NCBI GenBank assembly: GCA_947501605.1
Contig: CANMWZ010000008.1
Span: forward strand, 61,255-125,254
Direction of reading: 5' to 3'
DNA from: Planctomycetota bacterium
GTDB taxonomy: Bacteria > Planctomycetota > UBA1135 > UBA2386
DNA length: 64,000 nucleotides
Part shown: positions 47,654 to 57,561 of the stretch, in pieces
Layout of the letters: every line of letters starts with the position of its first letter
How positions within the stretch are numbered: position 1 is the first letter of the stretch
The notes under the pieces: generated by a model
Told to the model about the DNA's origin: nothing
What the model saw: the letters and a program-made list of their open reading frames with translations, nothing else
The model's database searches: none
Made by a program: the position numbers and the translations under genes

Positions 47654-48724
47654 ATGAAGCCTCTTCGCGTCCTCGTCGCCGGCTGCGGCAACATGGGCCG
47701 CAGCCACGCGCGCGCCTACCACCAACTCCCTGAGTTCGACATCTGTGGACTCGTGAGCCGAGGCGCGACTTCGCGCGACGCTCTGAGTCAGGAACTCGGC
47801 GGCTACCCGACGTTCGCTGACTTCGAGGCAGCATTGCGCGAGACCAAGCCAGACGTGGTCTCCATCAACACCTTCCCGGACACGCACGCGGCCATCGCGA
47901 CGGCAGCGTTGAACGCCGGTTGCCATGTCTTCTGTGAGAAGCCGCTCGCCGAGAGTGTGGAACAAGCGCAGGCGATTGCGGACCTCGCCAGACAACGGAA
48001 CCGCAAGCTGGTCGTCGGCTACATCCTTCGCGTGCACCCGGCGTGGCAGAAGTTCATCGAGGTGGCACGCACTCTCGGCAAGCCGTTGGTGATGCGCATG
48101 AACCTGAACCAGCAAAGTCGGGGCAAGGACTGGGCGACCCACAAGGCGCTGATGAACTCGATGTCGCCCATCGTCGATTGCGGCGTTCACTACGTCGACG
48201 TGATGTGCCAGATGACCGGCAGCCAGCCAGTGCGAGTCAGCGCCATTCAGGCCAGGCTGTCTGACGAACTGAAACCCGGCATGTACAACTACGGCCAGTT
48301 GCAGGTCGCGTTTGCCGACGGTTCCGTGGGCTGGTACGAGGCGGGCTGGGGGCCGATGATGAGTGAAGTCGCATACTTCGTGAAGGATGTGATCGGCCCC
48401 AAGGGCTGCGTCTCGATCCTCGCCCGCGACGGCGAACGCAAGGGCGACTCGTCCGACATCGACACGCATACCAAGACCAACTCGTTGAAGGTGCATTGGC
48501 AGGAGCGCGACGCCCGCGACGAGTTTCGCAAGCCCGATGAGTGGATCGACACCAACGACGAACCAGACCACGATGGTCTCTGTCGTCGCGAGCAGCAGTA
48601 CCTGCTGCGTGCGATTCGCGAGGACCTCGATCTCACCCAGCATCTCGCGGACGCCGTCAACAGCCTTCGCGTCGTGTTGGCCGCAGATCGCTCCTCTCGC
48701 GAGGGTCGGACCGTCGAGCTGTAG
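47654..48724 (+). CDS. Gfo/Idh/MocA family oxidoreductase
   Basis: GCGNMG, HVFCEKP, DCGVHYVD. Confidence 0.92.
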   Translation: MKPLRVLVAGCGNMGRSHARAYHQLPEFDICGLVSRGATSRDALSQELGGYPTFADFEAALRETKPDVVSINTFPDTHAAIATAALNAGCHVFCEKPLAESVEQAQAIADLARQRNRKLVVGYILRVHPAWQKFIEVARTLGKPLVMRMNLNQQSRGKDWATHKALMNSMSPIVDCGVHYVDVMCQMTGSQPVRVSAIQARLSDELKPGMYNYGQLQVAFADGSVGWYEAGWGPMMSEVAYFVKDVIGPKGCVSILARDGERKGDSSDIDTHTKTNSLKVHWQERDARDEFRKPDEWIDTNDEPDHDGLCRREQQYLLRAIREDLDLTQHLADAVNSLRVVLAADRSSREGRTVEL

Positions 48725-49590
48725 TGCAAAGCAGCGCCGAATCCGCACGCCGAGCGCACCTGTTCGCAGCCCTGGCCATGCTGGCGTTCGCCGGCAATAG
48801 CCTGCTCTGTCGGCACGCGCTGCGTCCAGCTTCGATCGACCCGCTCCACTTCGCGTTCCTCCGGGTCAGCGCCGGTGCCGCATTGCTCCTACTGCTGTCC
48901 CTGTCGCAGCCGCGAGTCCGCACAGTCCGCCAATGCGGCTCTTGGTGCTCGGCGTTGGCGCTCAGTGGCTACGCGATCGCCTTCTCGCTGGCCTACGTCG
49001 CACTCGACGCAGCGACTGGAACACTGATCCTCTTTGCTGCGGTTCAGAGCACCATGATCGGCTGGGCCATCGCCCGCGGGGAACGCCCGACTGCCCGCGT
49101 CTGGACTGGATTCGGCTGCGCCAACGCTGGACTGGCCGTACTCCTACTCCCCGGAGTTTCGGCGCCAGATCCGGTCGGCACGGCGTGGATGGCCATCGCC
49201 GGGGTCAGTTGGGGTATTTACTCGCTGCGTGGCCGCGGACAGCAGGACCCGATCTCGACTACGGCGGCGAACTTCCTGCGCGCCATTCCGGTCTGCGCAG
49301 TTGCGGCTTTCGCCGTAGCCCCGGAGCCTGCGGATGGCATAACGATCCAGGGTTTCGGCCTCGCCGTGACCTCGGGGGCCATCACCTCAGGCCTTGGCTA
49401 CGTGCTGTGGTACGCGGCGCTCGCACGCATCAAGGCCACCACCGCGGCCATGGTCCAAATGACCGTACCCGTGTTGGCCGCCGCGGGTGGAGTGCTGTGG
49501 TTCGACGAACGGCCAACGATCCGCCTCGGCGCCTCGGCGCTGCTGGTGCTTTTTGGAACGAGGCTCGTCGTGACAGCCCACGACCGCTGA
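48724..49590 (+). CDS. DMT (EamA) family transporter
   Basis: AFAGNSLLCR, multiple TM segments, GYVLWY, VPVLAA; start approximate. Confidence 0.88.
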   Translation: MQSSAESARRAHLFAALAMLAFAGNSLLCRHALRPASIDPLHFAFLRVSAGAALLLLLSLSQPRVRTVRQCGSWCSALALSGYAIAFSLAYVALDAATGTLILFAAVQSTMIGWAIARGERPTARVWTGFGCANAGLAVLLLPGVSAPDPVGTAWMAIAGVSWGIYSLRGRGQQDPISTTAANFLRAIPVCAVAAFAVAPEPADGITIQGFGLAVTSGAITSGLGYVLWYAALARIKATTAAMVQMTVPVLAAAGGVLWFDERPTIRLGASALLVLFGTRLVVTAHDR

Positions 49591-49646
49591 CCGATCGATC
49601 GAAGCTGCGCGTTGGTCGGGGCACGACAACGGGCTAGGGTGCCGTC

Positions 49647-50972
49647 ATGCAGCCTCGCAAGTCGGACCGGTCTTGGCTCGGCAACCTCGCACACTCCGGC
49701 GTACTGCCAGGGCTGCTGCTGATCTTGGCGACGGCACTCGCACTCGCCGCGGCCAACTCGGCGTACAGCGCGGGCTGGTTCCAGTTCTTCGAACAGGACT
49801 TCTCGATCCGGCTGGGCAACCTCGTTCTGGACGACCACCTGTCGCATTGGATCAACGACGGGTTGATGGTGCTGTTCTTCTTCTTCATCGGCCTCGAGAT
49901 CAAGCACGAGGTGATCGACGGCCAGCTGCAGTCCATGCGTGCTGCGGCCTTACCGGTCGCAGCAGCACTGGGCGGGATGCTGGTGCCGGCGATGCTCTAC
50001 GCCGTGGTCGCGATGGTCCGCGGCGATGCCCTCGCCGCAGCCGGATGGGGAATCCCAATGGCAACGGACATCGCCTTCGCACTCGGGCTGCTGGCGATCC
50101 TCGGCAAGAGGGTGCCAACGACGCTGAAGGTGTTCCTCGCCACGTTGGCGATCGTCGACGACCTCGGCGCCGTGCTCGTGATCGCGGTCTTCTACACTGC
50201 CGCGATCGAATGGCACTACCTCGCGACCGGCCTCGTTCTGGTCGCCACGAGCTACGCGCTGAATCGACTCGGCGTCCGCCGTACGACCCCATACGCGCTG
50301 CTCGGTATTGCGATCTGGCTCTTGTTCCTCGAGTCGGGAGTGCACGCGACGATTGCTGGTGTGGCCCTGGCGTTCACGGTGCCCGCACGGCGCAAACTCG
50401 ACGAGCGCGAGTTCTCGGTCCGCACGCGCGAATTGATCGACGACTTTGACCAGGGCGCGGATCCAACCGACCGGACCAACGATGCACAACTGCACGTGAT
50501 CCACGAACTGGCGGCGCACTGCATCGACGTGCAGGCACCGCTGCAGCGCATGGAGCATGCACTCAAGGGCTGGATCGCCTACGCGATCGTGCCCCTCTTC
50601 GCACTCTCCAATGCCGGCGTTGACCTCTCGGCCGGGCTCGCGACGACGTTTGCGTCGACGGCAGCGCAAGGAGTGGCACTGGGGCTTCTGCTGGGCAAGC
50701 CGGTGGGCGTGTTGGTCGCCACTTGGCTCGCCTGCAAGCTTCTCCGAACAGGGCTGCCGGCTGGGGTCACCTGGCAGCATCTGCACGGCACCGCTTGGCT
50801 CGCCGGCGTCGGCTTCACGATGTCGCTGTTCGTCAACGAACTCGCCTTCCACGGCGTGCCTGAGTCCTACCGCGCCGCCAAGGTCGCCGTACTGGTCGCA
50901 TCGGCGCTAGCCGGCGCTGTCGGCCTCGGGCTCCTGCTGCGCTGCAAGGCCGCCCCGGCAAGCCGAGGCTGA
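49647..50972 (+). CDS. nhaA: Na+/H+ antiporter NhaA
   Basis: WINDGLM, GLEIK, GWGIPMATDIAF, LAIVDDLG, GKPVG, GVGFTMSLF. Confidence 0.96.
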   Translation: MQPRKSDRSWLGNLAHSGVLPGLLLILATALALAAANSAYSAGWFQFFEQDFSIRLGNLVLDDHLSHWINDGLMVLFFFFIGLEIKHEVIDGQLQSMRAAALPVAAALGGMLVPAMLYAVVAMVRGDALAAAGWGIPMATDIAFALGLLAILGKRVPTTLKVFLATLAIVDDLGAVLVIAVFYTAAIEWHYLATGLVLVATSYALNRLGVRRTTPYALLGIAIWLLFLESGVHATIAGVALAFTVPARRKLDEREFSVRTRELIDDFDQGADPTDRTNDAQLHVIHELAAHCIDVQAPLQRMEHALKGWIAYAIVPLFALSNAGVDLSAGLATTFASTAAQGVALGLLLGKPVGVLVATWLACKLLRTGLPAGVTWQHLHGTAWLAGVGFTMSLFVNELAFHGVPESYRAAKVAVLVASALAGAVGLGLLLRCKAAPASRG

Positions 50973-50983
50973 ACGGCAGCTCG

Positions 50984-52534
50984 TCAGAGCGGGATGTTGC
51001 CGTGCTTCCGCGGTGGATTGCTGTCGCGCTTGCTCGCCAACAGCTCCAACGCCTGAATCAGCACCGGGCGCGTGCGGTGTGGCTCGATCACGTCATCGAC
51101 GTAGCCGTGTTCCGCTGCCATGTAAGGGTTGTTGAACTTCGCCTTGTACTCGGCGACCAAGCGCTGCTCCTCGGCCTTTGGGTCCTTGGCCGCCGCGATC
51201 TCGCGTCGGAACACGATTTTGGCTGCACCCTCGGCGCCCATGACGGCAATCTCCGCGTTCGGCCACGCCACATTGAGGTCGGCACGGATGTGCTTGCTGT
51301 TCATCACGTCGTAGGCGCCACCGTAGGCCTTGCGCGTGATCACGGTGATCTTCGGCACCGTCGCTTCGCAGTAGGCGTAGAGCAACTTCGCGCCGTGCGT
51401 GATGATGCCACCCCACTCTTGGTCCCTGCCCGGCATGAAACCCGGCACATCCTCGAAGGTCACCAGCGGGATGTTGAACGCGTCGCAGAAGCGGATGAAC
51501 CGGGCGGCCTTGATCGACGCCTTGATGTCGAGCACACCGGCGAGGTGATTGGGCTGGTTGCCGACAATGCCAACGGAGCGCCCGCCAAGGCGAGCGAACC
51601 CCACGATCATGTTCTTGGCGTAGCGCGCATGCACTTCGAAGAACTTGCCGTCGTCGACCACTCGCTTGACGACTTGCTTCATGTCATACGGCTGGTCGCT
51701 CGACTGCGGGACGATGCTGTCGAGCGCCTCGTCCATGCGGTTGGGATCGTCGTCGGTCGCGCGAAACGGTGGGTCATCGCCATTGTTGAGCGGAACGTAG
51801 CTCAGGAGTTCGCGAACCTGCATCAGACAGGTGGCGTCGTCCGGCGCCGTGAAGTGCGCCACACCGCTGACTTCGCTGTGCACGCGAGCGCCACCGAGCT
51901 CTTCGCTGGTGGTGTCCTCGTGGGTGACGGTCTTGACCACGTCGGGGCCGGTGATGTGCAGAAAGCTCGTACCCTCCACCATCAGGATGAAGTCGGTGAT
52001 CGACGGCGAATAGACCGCGCCACCTGCGCACGGGCCCATGATCGCGCTAATCTGGGGCACGACGCCGCTAGCCATGGTGTTGCGCAGGAAGATGTCGGCG
52101 TAACCACCGAGCGAGACGACTCCTTCCTGGATGCGGGCGCCACCGCTGTCGTTGAGACCGATGATGGGCACGCCCATCTTCATCGCCAGGTCCATGATCT
52201 TGCAGATCTTGGCGGCGTGCGTCTCGGACAGGCTGCCGCCGAAGACGGTGAAGTCCTGGGAGTAGAGGTAGACCGCGCGGCCGTCGATGCGAGCACTGCC
52301 GGTGACGACGCCGTCGCCGAGGATCTGGTTCTTCTCTCCGTCCATCCCGAAGTCGCGACAGCGGTGGACGACAAAACGGTCGATCTCCACAAAGGTGCCG
52401 GGATCCACCAAGAGGTCGATGCGCTCGCGGGCTGTGAGCTTGCCCTTCTTGTGCTGGGCTTCGATGCGTTCCGGTCCGCCGCCCTGCATCGAGCGCTCGC
52501 GCATCTCCTGCAACTTCTTCATAGCTTCGTTCAT
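50984..52534 (-). CDS. pccB: Acyl-CoA carboxylase carboxyltransferase subunit (PccB-like)
   Basis: [55 protein letters not shown]; adjacent to mce. Confidence 0.9.
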   Translation of the reverse strand: MNEAMKKLQEMRERSMQGGGPERIEAQHKKGKLTARERIDLLVDPGTFVEIDRFVVHRCRDFGMDGEKNQILGDGVVTGSARIDGRAVYLYSQDFTVFGGSLSETHAAKICKIMDLAMKMGVPIIGLNDSGGARIQEGVVSLGGYADIFLRNTMASGVVPQISAIMGPCAGGAVYSPSITDFILMVEGTSFLHITGPDVVKTVTHEDTTSEELGGARVHSEVSGVAHFTAPDDATCLMQVRELLSYVPLNNGDDPPFRATDDDPNRMDEALDSIVPQSSDQPYDMKQVVKRVVDDGKFFEVHARYAKNMIVGFARLGGRSVGIVGNQPNHLAGVLDIKASIKAARFIRFCDAFNIPLVTFEDVPGFMPGRDQEWGGIITHGAKLLYAYCEATVPKITVITRKAYGGAYDVMNSKHIRADLNVAWPNAEIAVMGAEGAAKIVFRREIAAAKDPKAEEQRLVAEYKAKFNNPYMAAEHGYVDDVIEPHRTRPVLIQALELLASKRDSNPPRKHGNIPL

Positions 52535-52617
52535 CGGGGTCGGGAGCGTAGCGACGGGACGAGCCTCTGGCCAAGACCCGTTTGCTGAGTCCCAGCGAGC
52601 GGCGAAGGCAACGAGGT

Positions 52618-53040
52618 TCAGTGCCCGTGCGGGTCCTCGACCAGCTCGGTGAGCACCCCACCGAGCTGCTTTGGATGCAGGAAGGCCACCTTGCAGTCGT
52701 GAGCCCCTTGGCGCGGCGCCTGGTCGAGCAGCGCGGCGCCGGCGGTTGTGAGGGTGTCGATCTGCAGTTGACAGTCGCCGACGTGGAACGCGAGGTGGTG
52801 CACACCGGGCCCCTTCTTGGCCAAGAACTTGGCGATCGGCGAGTCCTCCGAGGTTGGCTCCAGCAGTTCGATGCGCGTACTCCCTGCGATCAAGACGGCG
52901 ACCTTGACTCGCTCGGTGGGCACTACGTCGGTTGACTGCAACGACAGACCCATCGCGAGCCAGCGCGGCAGGGCTTCGGCGATGGACGGCACGGCGATGC
53001 CGATGTGGTGCAGGCCTTTCAGATTGTCGGCGGGCGTCAT
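52618..53040 (-). CDS. mce: Methylmalonyl-CoA epimerase
   Basis: [42 protein letters not shown]. Confidence 0.92.
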   Translation of the reverse strand: MTPADNLKGLHHIGIAVPSIAEALPRWLAMGLSLQSTDVVPTERVKVAVLIAGSTRIELLEPTSEDSPIAKFLAKKGPGVHHLAFHVGDCQLQIDTLTTAGAALLDQAPRQGAHDCKVAFLHPKQLGGVLTELVEDPHGH

Positions 53041-53119
53041 GGGCCAGAGCCTACGCGACCGCGCCGCAGCTCGCGACTTCGTGCTAGCACCGTGCACCCT
53101 CCTGCGGCCAACTACCGGC

Positions 53120-54739
53120 ATGCGGATCCACGTGCTCGTGCCGTCGCTCGCCATCGCGCTACTCGCCTCTTCGTGCACGCGCCCGGCAACCAGTCCGGGC
53201 GTGAGTGCGCCGCGCACGACGCCGGAGCGCACCGACTACGCAAGCACCTCGTCGATGGCGGAGGTCCAGACTTTCTTGTTCGCACTCAACGGGCTGCCTC
53301 GCGGCAACCGCCTGCGCACCGAAGTCGTGGGCCGCAGCCACGAAGACCGCGAGATCGTAATGGTGCGCGCCGCACTGCCGGCCATCGACGAGTCAAAGGC
53401 GCTGCGCGCCTTGGTGATCGCCAACATCCACGCCGGCGAAGTCGAGGGCAAGGAAGCGGTGCAGGCACTCCTGCGCGAAGTCGCGCTCGGCCAGCACGAG
53501 GACCTTCTCGCACGCTTCGTGCTCTACTTCGTACCGATCTACAACGTCGACGGCAACGAGCGCAGCGACGTAAAGAACCGTCCCGAACAGAACGGGCCCG
53601 AAGCCGTCGGCCTGCGCGCCAATGCGCAAGACCTCGACCTCAACCGCGACTTCGTCAAGGCCGAGGCAAAGGAGACGCAGACGCTGCTCGCGCTGTTCAA
53701 CCGGCTCGACCCGCATCTGTTCTTCGATCTGCACACGACCGACGGTAGCTGGCACGGCTACGACCTCACCTACGCACCATCGCTGTCCCCGAACTGCGAT
53801 CCGGCACTCGCCGATCTATCGCGGTCCTTGCTCGAAGCCGCGAATCTGGACCTCGAGACCGCGGCGCGCCCGCTGACCACGTTTGACTATGGCAACTTCG
53901 AGACCCGGGACTGGGACGGCAGTGGCGCCCCAAGCTCGCAACCAGACGTTCGAGGTTGGTGGACCTATGACCACCGCGCCCGCTACGGCATCAACTACTT
54001 CGGTTTGCGCAACCGGATCGGCATCCTCAGCGAGGCCTACAGCAATGCGGACTTTCGCTCGCGAATCGACGCGACGCAGGCCTTCGTGCTGGCGGTGTTG
54101 CGACAGGCAGGTCAGCGCGAAGAGGCGCTACGAAGCGCGTTCGCGATCGCCGACTCGGATACCGGGACGCGCGGGGCAACAACCGCCGACTCCCGTCCGG
54201 TCCAGTTCGGTTTTGACACGGTGTTCGCTCCCCCAGAACGCCTGTCGATCCGCGTCGGCGACTGCGATCGCATCCCTTGGCCCGACGGGCGCGGCGTGCG
54301 TTTCGCGCGGCGAGCTAGCTCCACGATCGAGGTCATGCCCGTCTTCCGCCGCTTCCAGAGTCGCCAGTGGATCGCGATGCCGCGGGCTTGGGCGCTGGTG
54401 GATCCGCCGCCGGCCGTTACCGAGTTGTTGCAGCACCATGGAATCGAGTTCGAGGTGCTCACTACCGCACGACGACAAGCCGCGGCGACGTTTGCGGTGA
54501 CCAAGAAGCGCAAGCCAAAGCGCCCCTACCAGGGACATCAAGAACTCATCCTCGATGGGACCTGGGGAGAGCCCTTGCCCATGGACCTTCCCACTGGAAC
54601 CTTGTGGATCGATGGCTCGCAGCGGCTCGCCCGCTTGGCGGCTGTGCTGCTCGAGCCGCAAAGCGAAGACTCCCTGTCTACTTGGAACTACTTCGAGGCA
54701 GCGACGGCGGACCGGTACCCCGTAATGCGCATCCTCTAG
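53120..54739 (+). CDS. M14 zinc carboxypeptidase family lipoprotein
   Basis: LASSC lipobox; NIHAGE (HxxE), NVDG, DLNRDF, DLHT. Confidence 0.9.
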   Translation: MRIHVLVPSLAIALLASSCTRPATSPGVSAPRTTPERTDYASTSSMAEVQTFLFALNGLPRGNRLRTEVVGRSHEDREIVMVRAALPAIDESKALRALVIANIHAGEVEGKEAVQALLREVALGQHEDLLARFVLYFVPIYNVDGNERSDVKNRPEQNGPEAVGLRANAQDLDLNRDFVKAEAKETQTLLALFNRLDPHLFFDLHTTDGSWHGYDLTYAPSLSPNCDPALADLSRSLLEAANLDLETAARPLTTFDYGNFETRDWDGSGAPSSQPDVRGWWTYDHRARYGINYFGLRNRIGILSEAYSNADFRSRIDATQAFVLAVLRQAGQREEALRSAFAIADSDTGTRGATTADSRPVQFGFDTVFAPPERLSIRVGDCDRIPWPDGRGVRFARRASSTIEVMPVFRRFQSRQWIAMPRAWALVDPPPAVTELLQHHGIEFEVLTTARRQAAATFAVTKKRKPKRPYQGHQELILDGTWGEPLPMDLPTGTLWIDGSQRLARLAAVLLEPQSEDSLSTWNYFEAATADRYPVMRIL

Positions 54740-54940
54740 TTTCGCCGGAGCATCCCTCCGCACGGGCACCTGCGACCTCGGGCGGATTGCTCGGATTCGT
54801 GACACAAGTTAAGCCTGCCTGCGAACCTACTGCGTAGGGACTCGTGTCCTTCCTCTCCTCGGGAGGACCTGGAAGGCCTGGGCGCACCAACCCCGGCTCT
54901 CCTCTCTTGTCCCTATCTATTTCGTCCGTCAGCACCACTC

Positions 54941-55747
54941 ATGTCCGTACTGCTCACCATCGATCTGCTAGGCGCCACCACGCGCTGGCGCAGCGGCGAT
55001 CCCGGCGATGCGGCTGCCCTGTTCGACGATTTCGCTGATCTTGTCCTCGATACCGTGGGTTCCATGGATGTCGCAGACCAGATTCACGGCGACATCGAAG
55101 CGAACTGGTGCAGCCTCCTTTGTCCGACGATCGAAGCGGCCTTGGCGCTCTCGCGTCGAATCTTCCGCCGCGCATGGCTCGATCCGCGCAGCGCTGACGA
55201 CATGCGCCTATGGATGCGGGCTTCCGTGTCGCCCAGCGACGACGACGCGATTCGCCACACGGGGCCCGACGAAGAACTCGCGCAGATCCGGCGCACCACG
55301 GCGACGCCGAGCCTGATGCGCAGTTTGGCCGCGCTTCGGGGCGGGCTCCAGGGCATGCGGATCCTGGTCGACGAGTCGCTCCTCAGTGACCCACTGCGCG
55401 GGATGTTCCGTGTGCCGCTCGGCCGCCTCGGCTTCATCCCGTTCCGCCGCATGAACTTCACCCCCTACCCGGCGACGCTGAAGCGCACCTGGCAGGACTT
55501 CCTCTGGATGGCAGACACCCAGACGGAGTGGGTCAACTACACGCTGCGCATGAAGCAGCGCCTACTTTGGACCGCCAACGATCCTGGCGAAGCGCTCGAA
55601 GCGGCCGCCACGCAGGTGGTCTTCCACGAGGTCGACGCCATCGTGCAATCCGTTGTGCGCAAGAACACGATGCGCGGCGACGACGGTCGCTCGAGCCCCC
55701 GTCGCGAACAGACGCAAGAGCACGAAAGCGAAGCCGAGGGCAACTGA
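54941..55747 (+). CDS. Hypothetical protein, possible degenerate class III nucleotidyl cyclase fold
   Basis: IDLLGATT, LWMRAS and GMRILVDESL resemble cyclase strands; the ORF itself is well supported, the fold call is tentative. Confidence 0.5.
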   Translation: MSVLLTIDLLGATTRWRSGDPGDAAALFDDFADLVLDTVGSMDVADQIHGDIEANWCSLLCPTIEAALALSRRIFRRAWLDPRSADDMRLWMRASVSPSDDDAIRHTGPDEELAQIRRTTATPSLMRSLAALRGGLQGMRILVDESLLSDPLRGMFRVPLGRLGFIPFRRMNFTPYPATLKRTWQDFLWMADTQTEWVNYTLRMKQRLLWTANDPGEALEAAATQVVFHEVDAIVQSVVRKNTMRGDDGRSSPRREQTQEHESEAEGN

Positions 55748-55778
55748 GCGGACGCCGGCGAGCGAGCCGGCTCTCCGC

Positions 55779-56699
55779 TCAAAGGATGCGCTTGCCGAAG
55801 GCGCTCAAGATGACGTCGACCGCGACCTCGCCGCTCTGGTTGCGCACGTCGAGGATTGGATTCAACTCGGTGACCTCGAGGCTGGTCATCGCACCGGAGT
55901 CCGCGACCATCTCCATCAGCAGGTTGGCCTCGCGCCAACTGAGCCCGCCCTTGACCGGTGTGCCCGTGCCAGGAACGTCGCGCGGGTCCATGCCGTCGAG
56001 ATCGAATGACACGTGGAAGCCCGCGGTGCCGTCGGTCGCAAAGCCGATCGCCTCCTGCATGATGGCCCGCATGCCGCGTTCATCGACGTCGCGCATCGTG
56101 TAGGCATGGATGCCGGACTTCTTGACCATCTCGCGCTCGCCCTCGTCGATATCGCGAATGCCGATCAAGCAGACGTGTTGCTTTTCGACCTTGGGCGAGA
56201 AGCCCGCGAGTTCGACCAGTCGTTCGCTGCCGTAGCCCAGCAGGGTTGCGAGCGGCATGCCATGGATGTTCCCCGACGGCGAGATCTCGGGCGTGTTCAT
56301 GTCGGCGTGGGCATCCACCCAGATCAGGCCGACCTTCTGGTCCTGCATCCGGAAATGCTCGGCGATGCCGGCAACCGTGCCGATGGCGATGCTGTGGTCG
56401 CCGCCCATCACCAGCGGGATGCGGCCGTCGTCGAGCGTCCGGCGAACGCGCAGCCGCAGCCGGTTGCAGACGTGGTAGATCGCGTCGAGGTAGCGCGCAT
56501 TCGGCTGGCCTGGGTCGCGCGTCTCGGGGGCGGGCACACCGATGTCGCCGTCATCCTCGACGGCAAAGCCGAGTCGACGGAGTTCGTGACTGACACCGGC
56601 GATGCGAATGGCCGATGGCCCCATGTCGACACCGCGGCGGCCGGCGCCCAGATCCATGGGTACGCCAAGAAGGCGGACGGTTTTGGTTTGCGTGTTCAT
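55779..56699 (-). CDS. rocF: Arginase
   Basis: GVDMGP, GGDHS, DAHADMN, SGNIHGMP, SFDLD, PGTGTP, ELNP. Confidence 0.95.
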   Translation of the reverse strand: MNTQTKTVRLLGVPMDLGAGRRGVDMGPSAIRIAGVSHELRRLGFAVEDDGDIGVPAPETRDPGQPNARYLDAIYHVCNRLRLRVRRTLDDGRIPLVMGGDHSIAIGTVAGIAEHFRMQDQKVGLIWVDAHADMNTPEISPSGNIHGMPLATLLGYGSERLVELAGFSPKVEKQHVCLIGIRDIDEGEREMVKKSGIHAYTMRDVDERGMRAIMQEAIGFATDGTAGFHVSFDLDGMDPRDVPGTGTPVKGGLSWREANLLMEMVADSGAMTSLEVTELNPILDVRNQSGEVAVDVILSAFGKRIL

Positions 56700-57466
56700 G
56701 CGCTGCCGTTCTCGAGGGCGACGGGTGCGCCACGGCCGAGCCGCAGCGTAGCAGCGGCACTGCCCTGGTTCTCGGCGATCTCCACCAGATCCCAAGAGTC
56801 CACGATCGCCACGAGCGAACCCGGAGGAACGTCAGAACAGTGGCCACGCACCGGAACCGAACGACCACCGATCACGAGGTTGCGCAGGGTCGGAATCACT
56901 TGCGCCCGAACGTTGGTGACCAGATTGCCATGGCCGTCGACGTAGATCACGCGCGGCGGACCTCCCAACAGGGGCGGCAGGCGGACCGGGTCCGCGCACT
57001 GGGGGCCGAGCGCGGCGTAGCCGAACCGACCGCCAGCAAGACCACCGCAAAGCGGCGCATAGGCATCGCGACCAAGGTAGCTGCGCGCGTGCGCACCGAG
57101 CCCGAGTCGCTCGAAGTCGACGTGTCGGATCTCGAACTCCACGCCGGTCATCACTTCCCCCAGCACTCCGTTGTCGGGCCCGATCCAGTAACAGTCGTGC
57201 GCCACCACGGCTAACGTTCGCCGCGTCTTGGCCGAACTGGGATCGACCACCGCGACAAACGTCGTGCCGGTCGGGAAGCGACCGATGGCGGCACCGAGGA
57301 AGAAGGCGGCGAGCGCGACGTCGCGAGCTTCGACGTCGTGCGCGAGATCCAGCATCACGGCCTTCGGGTGCGCCCGCAGCAGCATGCCCTTCCACAACCC
57401 GACGTAGGGGTCACGACTACCGAAGTCAGTCAACAGGGCGACGATGCCAGACGGGCGCGGCAGCAT
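56696..57466 (-). CDS. DUF62 SAM hydrolase / SAM-dependent halogenase family protein
   Basis: LLTDFG..DPYVG, VVDP, GPDNG, GRD, YVDGHGNLVTN, EIAENQGSAA. Confidence 0.9.
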   Translation of the reverse strand: MLPRPSGIVALLTDFGSRDPYVGLWKGMLLRAHPKAVMLDLAHDVEARDVALAAFFLGAAIGRFPTGTTFVAVVDPSSAKTRRTLAVVAHDCYWIGPDNGVLGEVMTGVEFEIRHVDFERLGLGAHARSYLGRDAYAPLCGGLAGGRFGYAALGPQCADPVRLPPLLGGPPRVIYVDGHGNLVTNVRAQVIPTLRNLVIGGRSVPVRGHCSDVPPGSLVAIVDSWDLVEIAENQGSAAATLRLGRGAPVALENGSA

Positions 57467-57561
57467 GCGGGACAAAGGGAACAGCACGAGTCGCCTGTCT
57501 GCAAGCACGGGCTTTGGTCGCGGTCGTTGCGGTTGGCAGATGCTGGGGCGACCATCCCCGC

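Noticed and set aside
51002..52588. 528-aa plus-strand ORF
   Set aside because: Antisense shadow of pccB
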